Source: Planctomycetota bacterium
GTDB taxonomy: Bacteria; Planctomycetota; Planctomycetia; Pirellulales; Pirellulaceae
Direction of reading: 5' to 3'
Assembly (NCBI GenBank): GCA_027619595.1
Contig: JAQCHP010000001.1
Coordinates: 60,694 to 124,693 of the forward strand
DNA: 64,000 bases
Each line of letters opens with the position of its first letter. The first letter of the stretch is position 1. The notes under the pieces are model-generated. The model saw nothing but the letters and a program-made list of their open reading frames with translations, was not told where the DNA came from and did not search any database. A program made the position numbers and the translations under genes. This document shows positions 28,753 to 38,252 of this stretch, piece by piece.

Positions 28753-29091
28753 ATGGGGTCGATCCGCACAATGTTCAGTCGCACGTTAGGAATCATTTGT
28801 TGCGTGGTGTGCTTGCACGAGGCAAGCAGCACCGCGACAGCTCAACAAGCGTACGGTCGGTCGTGGAATACCCACCAGGGGAGCGGAAACTGGGACCGCT
28901 TTTATCACTACCCGTACGTCTATTATCCTCAGAACTACTGGGGGCAAGAGTACTACAAGAGCAGTGATAGCATGTATTTTCGCTACCCGCAGGAAATGCG
29001 TATACCTGTTTACAACAAGAAATGGCACAACGAATATCCCAGCAAGCGATTGTACCACAGCGGGCACCAATTCAACTTGGACGTGTTTTAG
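28753..29091 (+). CDS. Small secreted aromatic-rich (Tyr/Trp) protein, unknown function
   Basis: ATG 28753 follows AAGGGGA. The signal peptide is MGSIRTMFSRTLGIICCVVCLHEASSTATA|QQ. The mature 82 aa contain 14 Tyr, 4 Trp and 4 Phe by my count (YHYPYVYYPQNYWGQEYY...). The ORF is open from 28663. Confidence 0.6.
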   Translation: MGSIRTMFSRTLGIICCVVCLHEASSTATAQQAYGRSWNTHQGSGNWDRFYHYPYVYYPQNYWGQEYYKSSDSMYFRYPQEMRIPVYNKKWHNEYPSKRLYHSGHQFNLDVF

Positions 29092-30212
29092 GTTCCGCTG
29101 GTAGGTTTTGCCGAAGCCCATTGGACCAGGACCGCTACGGCTCGTTGTAGCGATTCGATGGAGATCCATTCGTCGGCTGTATGAGCTTGACGAATGTCTC
29201 CGGGCCCGAAGACGACGGTGGGAAATCCGTGCGCCCCAATTTCGGCCGCATTGGTGCCAAATGGGACGGCAATCCTGGCGGAAGGCCATCCCAGTTGTTG
29301 CACGTGCGAGATCAACTCGTCCGCTAGGGGAAGATTGACCCCGTCCGAAAGTCCTCGTGCCTGAAGAAATGGTTCGGCATGTTCTGCCATTCCCGGCAGG
29401 GATTGGTCCAGAAAATCGATCACGTGCTGGCGCGCTTCTTGGGCCGATTCGTCGGGTGACAGACGGCGGTCAATGTCGATCCAACAGTTGTCTGGTACAA
29501 CGTTTACGCTCGTCCCCCCTTGAATCAACCCGACACTTAAACTCGGTAGTCCGAGTTGTGGATGGGACGGGGATTGCGACAGCACATGCGACGCATAGTA
29601 TTCCAAACGGCCTAATATGGGCGCCATTCGATAGATGGCGTTTTGGCCAAGTTGGGGTGTGGAGCTATGGGCCGCCCTCCCTTTGGCATGGATCCGCCAG
29701 CGGACGGCTCCTTTGTGAGTCGTTACAACGTGCAGATCGGTAGGTTCGCTCACTACCGCTAAATCGGGCGCACGGTGCAGGATTCTTGATCGGCCCGACT
29801 GCCAGGTTTCAACGAGTCTCTTTGCTCCGCTAAACCCGAACTCTTCATTGACGGTGAATGCCAATACAAGATGGGGATGTGGCCGCGTTTGGAGTTCTCC
29901 TACTGCTGCGAGCAGACAGGCCATCGCTCCCTTTACATCGCAAGCACCTCTTCCGTAGACCCGTTGATTCACAATTTCCGCCGCGAATGGGTCGATAGTC
30001 ATTCCGTCTGTCGGTACGGTATCTTGATGGACTTCCCAGAGCCACAGTCGAGTGTCGTGGGGGTCCGAGGCGGGGAGAAGCGCCAATAAGTTGTCACGCT
30101 CAGGGTGGACATTATGTCGTTCCGTGGCGATCCCCCATTCAGCTAGCAGTCTCTCCAAAAAATCGGTTAGCCGGCCTTCGCAGAATCCCTCTCCCCACAT
30201 ACCTCGGCCCAT
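29088..30212 (-). CDS. M20-family metallopeptidase (ArgE/DapE-like deacylase)
   Basis: Motifs: EVHQDTVP, YGRGACDVKG, NEEFGFSGA, FGTNA, GPGDIRQAHTADEWI. The family-typical N-terminus (DVVELLRSLVRIPSQNP) lies upstream of the first ATG and behind an in-frame TAA (see findings). Confidence 0.8.
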   Translation of the reverse strand: MGRGMWGEGFCEGRLTDFLERLLAEWGIATERHNVHPERDNLLALLPASDPHDTRLWLWEVHQDTVPTDGMTIDPFAAEIVNQRVYGRGACDVKGAMACLLAAVGELQTRPHPHLVLAFTVNEEFGFSGAKRLVETWQSGRSRILHRAPDLAVVSEPTDLHVVTTHKGAVRWRIHAKGRAAHSSTPQLGQNAIYRMAPILGRLEYYASHVLSQSPSHPQLGLPSLSVGLIQGGTSVNVVPDNCWIDIDRRLSPDESAQEARQHVIDFLDQSLPGMAEHAEPFLQARGLSDGVNLPLADELISHVQQLGWPSARIAVPFGTNAAEIGAHGFPTVVFGPGDIRQAHTADEWISIESLQRAVAVLVQWASAKPTSGT

Positions 30213-30381
30213 CGGATTCTGGCTGGGAATTCGTACGAGCGATCGTAGCAGTTCGACGACGTCTTACCTTTGCACAGCGCGATCGATCATGAGGGCATTC
30301 CAATGGGATCCACTTGGCGAATTGTAGGCCCCCCGATCATAGCGAGGCTCAGGGTCAGCAGCCAGATCGACGTTGAATCAA

Positions 30382-30409
30382 TTGGTAAAATGGGAATACA
30401 GGGTAGAAT
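30382..30409 (+). promoter_or_regulatory. Candidate sigma-70-type promoter for the nuo operon
   Basis: TTGGTA (30382-30387), a 16-nt spacer, then TAGAAT (30404-30409), about 130 nt upstream of the nuoA ATG in the only sizeable intergenic gap before the operon. Confidence 0.3.
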
Positions 30410-30539
30410 GTGTCGGTTTCTGTATGGCGGTTGCGAGCTCGTATGCCGAAAGGGGAGTGGCCTTTTTTTCAAAGAATGATTGTGATAAAATTCACAAGCT
30501 TTTTGGAACGCTTTCTAAGTTATTTTTTGGTAACAGGTT

Positions 30540-30938
30540 ATGGTCGATCAGGCGCTCCCGGTCTTGTTGTTTTTGCTAGCTGCAGGGGCGCTATCGGTGG
30601 GGATGGTGGTGGTCGGGACGTTATTCGGACCCCGCCGTGCGACCGCTGTCAAACGGATGCCGTACGAAAGCGGGATGGACCCGATTCATGATTCGCGGCG
30701 TCGTTTTGACGTTCGATTTCATCTTGTGGCAATCGCGTTTTTGATTTTTGATGTCGAACTGTTGTTTCTTTACCCGTGGGCTGTGGCCAGTCACCATCCT
30801 CAGGGGATTGACGCGGCGATTGCAGCCGGGGCCGGAAGTGGCAGAGGCGTTGTGTTTTGCGGAGTCTTGTTTTTTCTGGGACTGGTCGTACTGGGGCTGG
30901 TCTACGAATGGAAACGAGGAGTGCTGAAATGGCGCTAG
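30540..30938 (+). CDS. nuoA: NADH-quinone oxidoreductase subunit A
   Basis: PYESGMDP...[16 protein letters not shown] matches NuoA/ND3. This is the first gene of a 14-gene cluster. Confidence 0.92.
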   Translation: MVDQALPVLLFLLAAGALSVGMVVVGTLFGPRRATAVKRMPYESGMDPIHDSRRRFDVRFHLVAIAFLIFDVELLFLYPWAVASHHPQGIDAAIAAGAGSGRGVVFCGVLFFLGLVVLGLVYEWKRGVLKWR

Positions 30939-31483
30939 AGCTTCCAGAAAATGTGATCGTTACCCAATTGGACTCCTTGGCCAACTGGTGTCGCAAGAAC
31001 AGTTTGTGGCCGATGCCGTTTGCTACGGCGTGCTGTGGTATCGAATTGATGGCAACGGGTGCGAGTCGCCACGATTTGGCGAGGTTTGGCGCCGAGGTGT
31101 TTCGATTTAGCCCTCGCCAATGCGACTTGATGATTGTGGCGGGCCGTGTTGTGATGAAAATGTTGCCGGTGTTGCAGCGTATTTGGCAACAGATGCACGA
31201 ACCAAAATGGTGTATTTCCATGGGCGCCTGTGCATCGACGGGGGGCGTATTTGATACATACAGTGTCGTGCAGGGAATTGATCGATTCATACCGGTGGAT
31301 ATGTACGTACCGGGTTGTCCGCCGCGTCCCGAACAGTTGATCCAAGGGATCATCGACCTGCAAGACAAGATCCAGCGGGAGGGCACTTTGGAAGGGAGTG
31401 AATTTAATACACGCCACCGGCAGGAACGGAAGCGAGCACTTGTTGAGCTACCGATTCTCGGCCAGACACCCATTTTTCGTTAG
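30929..31483 (+). CDS. nuoB: NADH-quinone oxidoreductase subunit B
   Basis: ATG 30929 (MALELPENV) overlaps nuoA by 10 nt. Motifs: [26 protein letters not shown] (N2 cluster cysteines). Confidence 0.93.
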   Translation: MALELPENVIVTQLDSLANWCRKNSLWPMPFATACCGIELMATGASRHDLARFGAEVFRFSPRQCDLMIVAGRVVMKMLPVLQRIWQQMHEPKWCISMGACASTGGVFDTYSVVQGIDRFIPVDMYVPGCPPRPEQLIQGIIDLQDKIQREGTLEGSEFNTRHRQERKRALVELPILGQTPIFR

Positions 31484-31521
31484 TTTCAGGTGCGTGCCAG
31501 TTTCCGGGAGAAGGATTGTCG

Positions 31522-32022
31522 ATGAGCAACTTGCACAGGATCTTGCCGGAGCTACAGAAGTTCGACCCGGCGCTACGAAGCGATGAGTTCCGCGGCCAGG
31601 ACCGAGTTTGGTTGTCGGCCAGCACGCTGGGGCTCAGTATGCAGTGCTTGCGTGACCGCTTGGGGTTCGATTTGTTAGTCGATGTGACGTGCGTCGACTA
31701 TTTAAACTATCGAAATGCCTCCGATCGTTTCGGGTTAGTGTATCTGCTCGCCAATACCCAGAGTTCGCAGCGATTGACAGTCCGAGTGGGCCTCAACGAG
31801 CCCGAACTTTCGGTGCCGTCTGTGGTGTCGCTTTGGGCCGGTGCTGATTGGATGGAACGTGAAGTCTGGGACATGTTTGGGATTCGGTTCGAAGGGCATC
31901 CCGACTTGCGACGCATACTATTGCCCGAGGAGTTTTCTGCTCATCCGCTGCGCAAAGATTATCCGCTGCAGGGGTGCGGAGAGCGGCACAATTTTCCCGT
32001 TTTGACACGGTCGCAAGCTTAG
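31522..32022 (+). CDS. nuoC: NADH-quinone oxidoreductase subunit C
   Basis: [33 protein letters not shown] 31522 follows GGAGAAGGA. The ORF track starts at TTG 31516. Confidence 0.9.
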   Translation: MSNLHRILPELQKFDPALRSDEFRGQDRVWLSASTLGLSMQCLRDRLGFDLLVDVTCVDYLNYRNASDRFGLVYLLANTQSSQRLTVRVGLNEPELSVPSVVSLWAGADWMEREVWDMFGIRFEGHPDLRRILLPEEFSAHPLRKDYPLQGCGERHNFPVLTRSQA

Positions 32023-32091
32023 GGGTATTCACAATGTGTGGCGCCTGTTTCCGTAGGCACTGCCAGCTTTGCCTGATCAAGGAGATGTAGT

Positions 32092-33312
32092 GTGCCTGTC
32101 ACTGCCGGTGAAACGATGACAACGCCCGATCAGGGGCAGGACTATCTTTGGACGTTGAATTTCGGTCCGCAGCATCCAGCCACCCATACGACGCTCAGGA
32201 TTATTCTCAAGTTGGACGGTGAGCGTGTCGTCGATGCAATTCCTGATATTGGATATCTGCATTCCGGGTTTGAGAAAATCGCGGAGAAACTGGACTATAA
32301 CCAGTACGTGACCGTTACGGACCGCATGAACTATATCTCGCCGATGGCGAACAACGTCGCGTGGCACCACGCGGTGGAGAAGTTGATAGGCTTGGAGCCG
32401 ACTCGACGGTGTCAATACATTCGCGTAATCGTCTCCGAACTTGCGCGCGTTAGTGATCATTTATTGAGTACCGGAGCAATCGGATTGGACGTAGGGGCAT
32501 TTACATTTTTCCTGTATGCCTTCTACCAACGAGAAAAGATCTACGACATCTTTGAGACACTCTGCGGTGCCCGTTTTACCAACAGCTATACACGGGTTGG
32601 CGGAGTCATGCACGACATGACTCCGTTAGTGGTGGAAAAGATCCGCGCGTTTTTGCGGAATTTTCCCCGCACGTTGGATGACATGGAACGACTGCTAAAT
32701 CGGAATCGCATTTTTGTTGATCGCACCAAGGGCGTTGGTGTCCTTTCTCAGGCGGAGGCCATTCAATGGAGTACATCCGGACCGGTGGCACGCGCCAGTG
32801 GTGTCACACGCGACTTGCGTTTAGATGAACCCTATCTGTGTTACAAAGACTTTGACTTTCAGGTCTGTTGCGCCAAGGCAGGTGACTGCTTCGCGCGGTA
32901 CTATGTGCGCATGGCCGAGATTCGCGAGAGTTTGAAAATCATTGAGCAAGCGATCGAGAATCTTCCCAGTGGACCAGTGAATTTGGGCGAAGAGGATCGC
33001 ACGACGCTACCGCCGAAAGGAAATGTCTACCAGACCATCGAAGGGACGATTACCCACTTCGAGCTGGTGATGGCAAACCGGGGATTTGAGGTACCGTGCG
33101 ATGAATCTTACGCGGCGGTCGAAGCGCCAAACGGTGAACTTGGCTTTTATGTCGTGGGAGATGGCAGCAATGTGGCCTATCGGGCGCGGTGTCGTCCCCC
33201 GTCGTATATTCATTTTTCGTTGTTTCCAAAGTTAATTCGAGGGCACACGCTGAGCGATGTCGTGGCTGTTTTAGGCAGTCTCAATATTATTGCGGCCGAG
33301 TTGGATCGATAA
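32092..33312 (+). CDS. nuoD: NADH-quinone oxidoreductase subunit D
   Basis: LNFGPQHPATHTTLRIILKLDGE...DRMNYISPMANN...ends LGSLNIIAAELDR. GTG start follows AAGGAGA. An alternative ATG lies at 32116. Confidence 0.93.
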   Translation: MPVTAGETMTTPDQGQDYLWTLNFGPQHPATHTTLRIILKLDGERVVDAIPDIGYLHSGFEKIAEKLDYNQYVTVTDRMNYISPMANNVAWHHAVEKLIGLEPTRRCQYIRVIVSELARVSDHLLSTGAIGLDVGAFTFFLYAFYQREKIYDIFETLCGARFTNSYTRVGGVMHDMTPLVVEKIRAFLRNFPRTLDDMERLLNRNRIFVDRTKGVGVLSQAEAIQWSTSGPVARASGVTRDLRLDEPYLCYKDFDFQVCCAKAGDCFARYYVRMAEIRESLKIIEQAIENLPSGPVNLGEEDRTTLPPKGNVYQTIEGTITHFELVMANRGFEVPCDESYAAVEAPNGELGFYVVGDGSNVAYRARCRPPSYIHFSLFPKLIRGHTLSDVVAVLGSLNIIAAELDR

Positions 33313-33358
33313 TCTGCGGCCGCATACCTCGGCCGCAATAAGCTGATAAAAATCAATC

Positions 33359-33877
33359 ATGCCAAGTACAGAAAAAAAATCGAATAGCACTCCGGTGCTC
33401 AATAACGAAATGCGGGACGAGATTCGCAAGTATTTTGCTCGGTATCCGACCCGCCAAGCCGTGACCCTGCCAGCGCTCCATGTCGTCAATAAGTACTTGC
33501 GGCACGTCCCTTTGCAGGCAGTGGTTGAAATTGCCGAACTCTTGGAGCTAAGTCCCGCTCAAGTGCAGGACACGCTTTCTTTCTATGGATTTTTTCCGCA
33601 ACAAGCGCCGCACGGTGAAGTTCGCGCTTGGGTTTGTCGGTCGATCAGTTGTGCTTTGCGTGGCGGCGAGGAGGTCCTCGCGCACATGTGTGCTAAGGCG
33701 AAGATTCAACCCGGCGAGACCACCGCCAATGGCAAACTGACGCTCGAATTTGGGGAATGCCTGGGGGCGTGTGAGTTGGCTCCTTGCATGTTGGCCGGAG
33801 ATCAATTGGTTGGGCATCTGACAGCGGAAAGCAGCGAGGAGTTTCTGGCTTCCTGTGGTGCTTTGGGTACATCATGA
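33359..33877 (+). CDS. nuoE: NADH-quinone oxidoreductase subunit E
   Basis: The four 2Fe-2S cysteines lie in CRSISCALRG ... CLGACELAPCM. Confidence 0.9.
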   Translation: MPSTEKKSNSTPVLNNEMRDEIRKYFARYPTRQAVTLPALHVVNKYLRHVPLQAVVEIAELLELSPAQVQDTLSFYGFFPQQAPHGEVRAWVCRSISCALRGGEEVLAHMCAKAKIQPGETTANGKLTLEFGECLGACELAPCMLAGDQLVGHLTAESSEEFLASCGALGTS

Positions 33878-33904
33878 ATCGGCTGCAAGCGTAGGTAGAA
33901 TCAC

Positions 33905-35278
33905 GTGGAAATAGACCTGACAAACAATACGCCCGTGCTCCTGTCGAGGATTGGCCGCCCGGAGAGCCATACGCTATCGGACTATCGAGCAGACGGTGGT
34001 TACGAGGGATTGGCACGCGTGCTGCGCGATATGAAACCCGAGGACTTGATTCAGCTCATCAAGGATTCGAGTCTCAGGGGTCGAGGTGGTGCTGGGTTTC
34101 CCACGGGGTTGAAGTGGAGTTTCCTACCCAAGGACCATCCCGGACCGATCTATTTTTGCCTAAATGCAGACGAAAGCGAGCCGGGGACTTTTAACAACCG
34201 AATCCTGATGGAGGAGGATCCCCATCAGGTGATCGAGGGCCTGATCCTGGCGTGTTATGCTACGCGGTCCGTCACGGCTTATTACTACATGCGGTACGAG
34301 TACCCGCGGGCATGGGAAAGGTTGCTGAAAGCGCTGGACGAATGTTATTCCGCGGGTATACTCGGCAAATCGGTGCTAGGATCGGGCTTTTGTTTGGATA
34401 TCTTTCCTCATCGCGGTGCGGCAGCATATATCTGTGGCGAAGAGACCGGACTGATTGAGAGCCTGGAGGGGAAACGGGCTTGGCCGCGCATCAAGCCACC
34501 ATTTCCGGCCGTTGAAGGTGTTTTCCGCAAGCCGACCGTGGTCAATAACGTCGAAACCGTGGCCTGCGTGAAACAGATTGTGGACCGCGGCGTTGATTGG
34601 TTTAAATCGTTGGGAGTGCCGGCCGATCCGAAAAATCCTCGTGATCCCGGTAGCTACGGCCCGAAATTGTATTGCCTTAGTGGGCATGTTGAGCGTCCAG
34701 GATGTTACGAAGCACCACTAGGAATTACGGTCCATCAATTGGTGGACCATTTCGGCGGTGGTGTATGGAAAAACCGGCACGCCAAAGCGGCGATTCCGGG
34801 CGGAATTAGCATGGGTCTGCTCAAGGCGGATGAGTTTGATTGTCCGCTCGATTTCGCCGGTCCCGGTCGCTATGGATGCCTGGGCCTTGGAACCGCGGCC
34901 GTCGTCGTCATGGATGAAACGGTTTCCATGGTAGATTTTCTGCACAACAGTGCGAGATTTTTTGCGCATGAAAGCTGTGGACAGTGCACGCCGTGTCGAG
35001 AAGGTACGGCGTGGGCGCTGCGGATGTTAGAACGCATACGGGCGGGCCGAGGACGCCTCAAAGATCTCGATCTGTTGTTGGAAATCGGTGATACCATCGG
35101 AATCATGCCGGGTACCACCATTTGTGGCTTGGCGGATGGAGCTGCCTGGCCGCTAAAAAATGCCATACGAAAATTCCGTTCTGAATTTGAGGAATATATG
35201 CAGCGGACAAATCCTTCCGGATACCAGCAGACAGATGCCGTGCCGGCGCTCTCGTCCTTATCGCATGGGGGTCATTGA
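33905..35278 (+). CDS. nuoF: NADH-quinone oxidoreductase subunit F
   Basis: GRGGAGFPTGLKWSF (FMN/NADH site), CNADESEPGTF, ESCGQCTPCREG (N3 cluster). GTG start. Confidence 0.93.
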   Translation: MEIDLTNNTPVLLSRIGRPESHTLSDYRADGGYEGLARVLRDMKPEDLIQLIKDSSLRGRGGAGFPTGLKWSFLPKDHPGPIYFCLNADESEPGTFNNRILMEEDPHQVIEGLILACYATRSVTAYYYMRYEYPRAWERLLKALDECYSAGILGKSVLGSGFCLDIFPHRGAAAYICGEETGLIESLEGKRAWPRIKPPFPAVEGVFRKPTVVNNVETVACVKQIVDRGVDWFKSLGVPADPKNPRDPGSYGPKLYCLSGHVERPGCYEAPLGITVHQLVDHFGGGVWKNRHAKAAIPGGISMGLLKADEFDCPLDFAGPGRYGCLGLGTAAVVVMDETVSMVDFLHNSARFFAHESCGQCTPCREGTAWALRMLERIRAGRGRLKDLDLLLEIGDTIGIMPGTTICGLADGAAWPLKNAIRKFRSEFEEYMQRTNPSGYQQTDAVPALSSLSHGGH

Positions 35279-35279
35279 A

Positions 35280-36890
35280 ATGGGGCACGTAACTGTCAAC
35301 GGGATCGACATTGAAGTAGGTCCCCATGAACACATCAATGGCATCCAGGCGGCGCACCGTGCCGGTGTTGAAATACCACATTATTGTTGGCATGCAGGAC
35401 TGTCGGTCGTAGCCAGCTGTCGTATGTGTTTGGTCGAAAGTGGTCGCAAGAACGCCGAAACGGGTGAGGTTTCGCTGCTGCCCAAGGTTGTTCCGGCCTG
35501 CCAAACGCCAGCCACCGACGGTACCGTGTTCGTCACGGATAGTGAAAAAGTTCGGGCTGCACGCCAGATGGTCGAAGAAGACTTGCTATTGCGACATCCC
35601 GTCGACTGTCCCATTTGTGACAAAGCCGGCGAATGTTCCTTGCAGGATTACCATTTCTCCTATGGACGCGAACAGAGGCGGGCGGACATTGATCCCTTCT
35701 CCAGTCGACGCCGACCGGTCGGCGAATCGGTGACATTGTTCGTCGATCGTTGTGTGATGTGCACTCGGTGCGTACGCTTTACTCGCGAAATTACCGGCAC
35801 GAATGAACTCATGGTGATCAATCGCGGTGCCCACGAAGAGATTGATACATTTCCTGGATTTCCGTTGGACAACAAAATGTCAGGCAACGTTGTCGACTTG
35901 TGTCCCGTAGGTGCCCTGGGGGACGTCGATTTTCTGTACTCGCAGCGAGTATGGTTCATGAAACGTCACTCGGGCGTATGCGCCGGCTGTTCGACCGGAT
36001 GTTCCATTCATGTCGAAGAGAACCAAGATCGAGTCTACCGGATCAAGCCACGAGAGAATCCCCATATCAATCAATGGTGGATGTGCGACGAAGGTCGTTA
36101 CGGTTTCAAATATGTCCACGATGCACGCCGCCTGACGGAACCTCGCCAGCGTGACGGCGAGACAGAAACAACCTTAACTTGGGACGCTGCCATAGCGCGG
36201 ATGGATGCGTTGGTGAGGAGTAGTCAAGAGCTCGTCGTCGTTCTATCGCCGTTTCTAACCGTAGAAGAAGCGTATTTGTTGGCGACCTATGCGCGACAAG
36301 TTCAGCCAAAGGCCGTAATTTCCGTTGGTCCGATCCCCTGTGTCGGTGAAAACGAAACCTTTCCGAACGGATTCACGATCCGCGCCGAGAAGTGCCCCAA
36401 TCGGCGCGGTGTGGAAGAGATTGCGAGTCGTTTTCAGGGACGATTAATTTCCTGGGAATCGGTCGGCGATGAATGTGGCGCTCAGGCAACCGTGTGGTTC
36501 ACCGGCGGCTACCCTGAAGCGAACGGTATCAGCTCCGATGAGGCAAGTCGATTGGCAAAAAATCGAACGTTGATCGTTCAGGACTTGTTTGCTTCCGCGT
36601 TAAGCGAACATGCGACCTTGGTCCTTCCGTCTGCGGCATGGGTGGAACGTGCCGGTTCTTTTGTGAACGCAAAGGACCGATTGCAGTCGTTCACTTGGGC
36701 CGTGAGGCCCCCGCAAGGTGTACAAACTGAGGGACAGATGCTGTGGCGTTTGGCTGGACGAAGCGGTCTTTACCGACCGGCTGACATTCTGCAGGAACTT
36801 GGCCGGGAAATGAGTTATTTCGCCGCGGTCTTGGAAGAGGTGCCCGATACCGGTGTCGATCTCAAATTAAATCAGTTGGCTTCCGTCTAA
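35280..36890 (+). CDS. nuoG: NADH-quinone oxidoreductase subunit G
   Basis: ATG 35280 lies directly after the nuoF TGA. Motifs: MGHVTVNGIDIEV, CWHAGLSVVASCRMCLVE, HPVDCPICDKAGECSLQD, CVMCTRCVRF. The ORF is open from 35160 inside nuoF. Confidence 0.9.
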   Translation: MGHVTVNGIDIEVGPHEHINGIQAAHRAGVEIPHYCWHAGLSVVASCRMCLVESGRKNAETGEVSLLPKVVPACQTPATDGTVFVTDSEKVRAARQMVEEDLLLRHPVDCPICDKAGECSLQDYHFSYGREQRRADIDPFSSRRRPVGESVTLFVDRCVMCTRCVRFTREITGTNELMVINRGAHEEIDTFPGFPLDNKMSGNVVDLCPVGALGDVDFLYSQRVWFMKRHSGVCAGCSTGCSIHVEENQDRVYRIKPRENPHINQWWMCDEGRYGFKYVHDARRLTEPRQRDGETETTLTWDAAIARMDALVRSSQELVVVLSPFLTVEEAYLLATYARQVQPKAVISVGPIPCVGENETFPNGFTIRAEKCPNRRGVEEIASRFQGRLISWESVGDECGAQATVWFTGGYPEANGISSDEASRLAKNRTLIVQDLFASALSEHATLVLPSAAWVERAGSFVNAKDRLQSFTWAVRPPQGVQTEGQMLWRLAGRSGLYRPADILQELGREMSYFAAVLEEVPDTGVDLKLNQLASV

Positions 36891-36943
36891 CGGTTGGCAA
36901 GATGACCGTGCGTCGGTCATGAAGACAATAGGGCTTTTCATTC

Positions 36944-38233
36944 ATGATGTCCGTCGAAACAACAGCGCTAGTGCTAGTGTTGGTCAAAATTGCCCTCATG
37001 TTAGGGGGGATCATGACCGCCGCTGCGTATTTCGTTTTGCTTGAACGTCGTGTCGCCGCTTGGGTGCAGGACCGACACGGCCCAAACCGCGTTGGCATCC
37101 CGTTGACGAAGATCCGTTTGATGGGGTTGGGACAACCGTTGGCGGACGGTTTGAAAATGATCTTTAAAGAGGAATATATCCCAGCGCAAGTCGATCGTCC
37201 GCTTTATATCATTGCGCCGATCGTAATCATGACTGCCGCGTTAGCGGCGTTTGCAGCAATTCCTCTTGGCAGCGTGGTGCCCGAAATAACGCAGTTGGGT
37301 ATTAAGGAACCGATTCCACTGCTCGTGGCGACCCAATTGGACGTGGGTATGCTCTACGTCTTTGCCCTGTCCAGTATCGCTGTGTATGGAGTAATTCTTG
37401 GTGGTTGGTCGAGCAACAGCAAGTACAGTTTTCTGGGGGGGCTGCGTTCCAGCGCCCAAATGATCGCGTACGAATTGCCCCTGGGCCTGGGGATACTGGG
37501 TGTTGTGTTGGCATGTCATTCGCTCCGGTTGGACGCCATCATCCAGCACCAGGCAGATTCCGGGGTCTGGTTCGTCTTGGCTCAGCCGCTGGGATTTGTC
37601 GTCTTCCTGGTCGCCGCATTTGCGGAAGCGGGTCGACTTCCCTTCGATTTGACCGAGTGCGAACAGGAGTTAGTCGGAGGTTACCACACGGAATATGGCG
37701 GAATGAAACTTGTTCTGTTTCTTACGGCGGAATTTATCCACATGATAACCGCATCATTTCTGATCGTGATTTTATATTTAGGTGGATGGCATTTGTGGGG
37801 CGTTACGGGATCCGGGGTCGATGTGGGCTGGGTAGGAGCGCTATTGCGAATGGCGGTCTTGATGGCGAAGACGTTTGGTTTGATTTTCTTTTTTATGTTG
37901 ATTCGCTGGAGTTGGCCGAGGTTTCGCTTCGATCAGCTGATGTCGCTGGCTTGGAAGGTCATGCTGCCACTGGGGCTATTGAATCTGGTGGCGGTGGCCA
38001 TTTGCACAGAGCTCGCCCATCCATCGGTGGCCGGAAATTGGCTTGACTCCCGCTTGGGCGGAGGGGGCACGGCACTGTTTTTCTGTGTTGCCGGATGGGG
38101 TGTGGCATTTTTGGGCCTCTGCGCTGTCGCCCTGACGCAACCGATGATCGGTGACAATCGTCCGCGGCGAAATCTGGATCTCCAACATGTCGATCAACAG
38201 TTAGATTTCGAAGGTCGTCCCTCGGCAGGCTAA
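36944..38233 (+). CDS. nuoH: NADH-quinone oxidoreductase subunit H
   Basis: LLERRVAAWVQDRHGPNRVG, GWSSNSKYSFLGGLRSSAQMIAYE and AEAGRLPFDLTECEQELVGGYHTEYGG are NuoH/ND1 signatures. Confidence 0.93.
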   Translation: MMSVETTALVLVLVKIALMLGGIMTAAAYFVLLERRVAAWVQDRHGPNRVGIPLTKIRLMGLGQPLADGLKMIFKEEYIPAQVDRPLYIIAPIVIMTAALAAFAAIPLGSVVPEITQLGIKEPIPLLVATQLDVGMLYVFALSSIAVYGVILGGWSSNSKYSFLGGLRSSAQMIAYELPLGLGILGVVLACHSLRLDAIIQHQADSGVWFVLAQPLGFVVFLVAAFAEAGRLPFDLTECEQELVGGYHTEYGGMKLVLFLTAEFIHMITASFLIVILYLGGWHLWGVTGSGVDVGWVGALLRMAVLMAKTFGLIFFFMLIRWSWPRFRFDQLMSLAWKVMLPLGLLNLVAVAICTELAHPSVAGNWLDSRLGGGGTALFFCVAGWGVAFLGLCAVALTQPMIGDNRPRRNLDLQHVDQQLDFEGRPSAG

Positions 38234-38252
38234 CGCAAGGAATCGGTGTCCC

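Noticed and set aside
3171-30266. Idea that TAA is reassigned or read through in this organism, prompted by the two in-frame TAAs
   Set aside because: TAA also terminates genes at their expected conserved C-termini in this window (the NtrC-type regulator at 3171-3173 and the M20 peptidase at 29088-29090). Ordinary nonsense mutation or sequencing error is the simpler explanation.
30440-30475. AAAGGggagtggCCTTTTTTT upstream of nuoA as a possible attenuator or terminator
   Set aside because: The stem is only 5 bp, is A/T-rich, and consumes part of the T-run. It is not a convincing intrinsic terminator.
30649-31473. 274-aa minus-strand ORF across nuoA/nuoB
   Set aside because: It is antisense to two unambiguous complex I genes, with Arg/Ser/Pro-rich composition.
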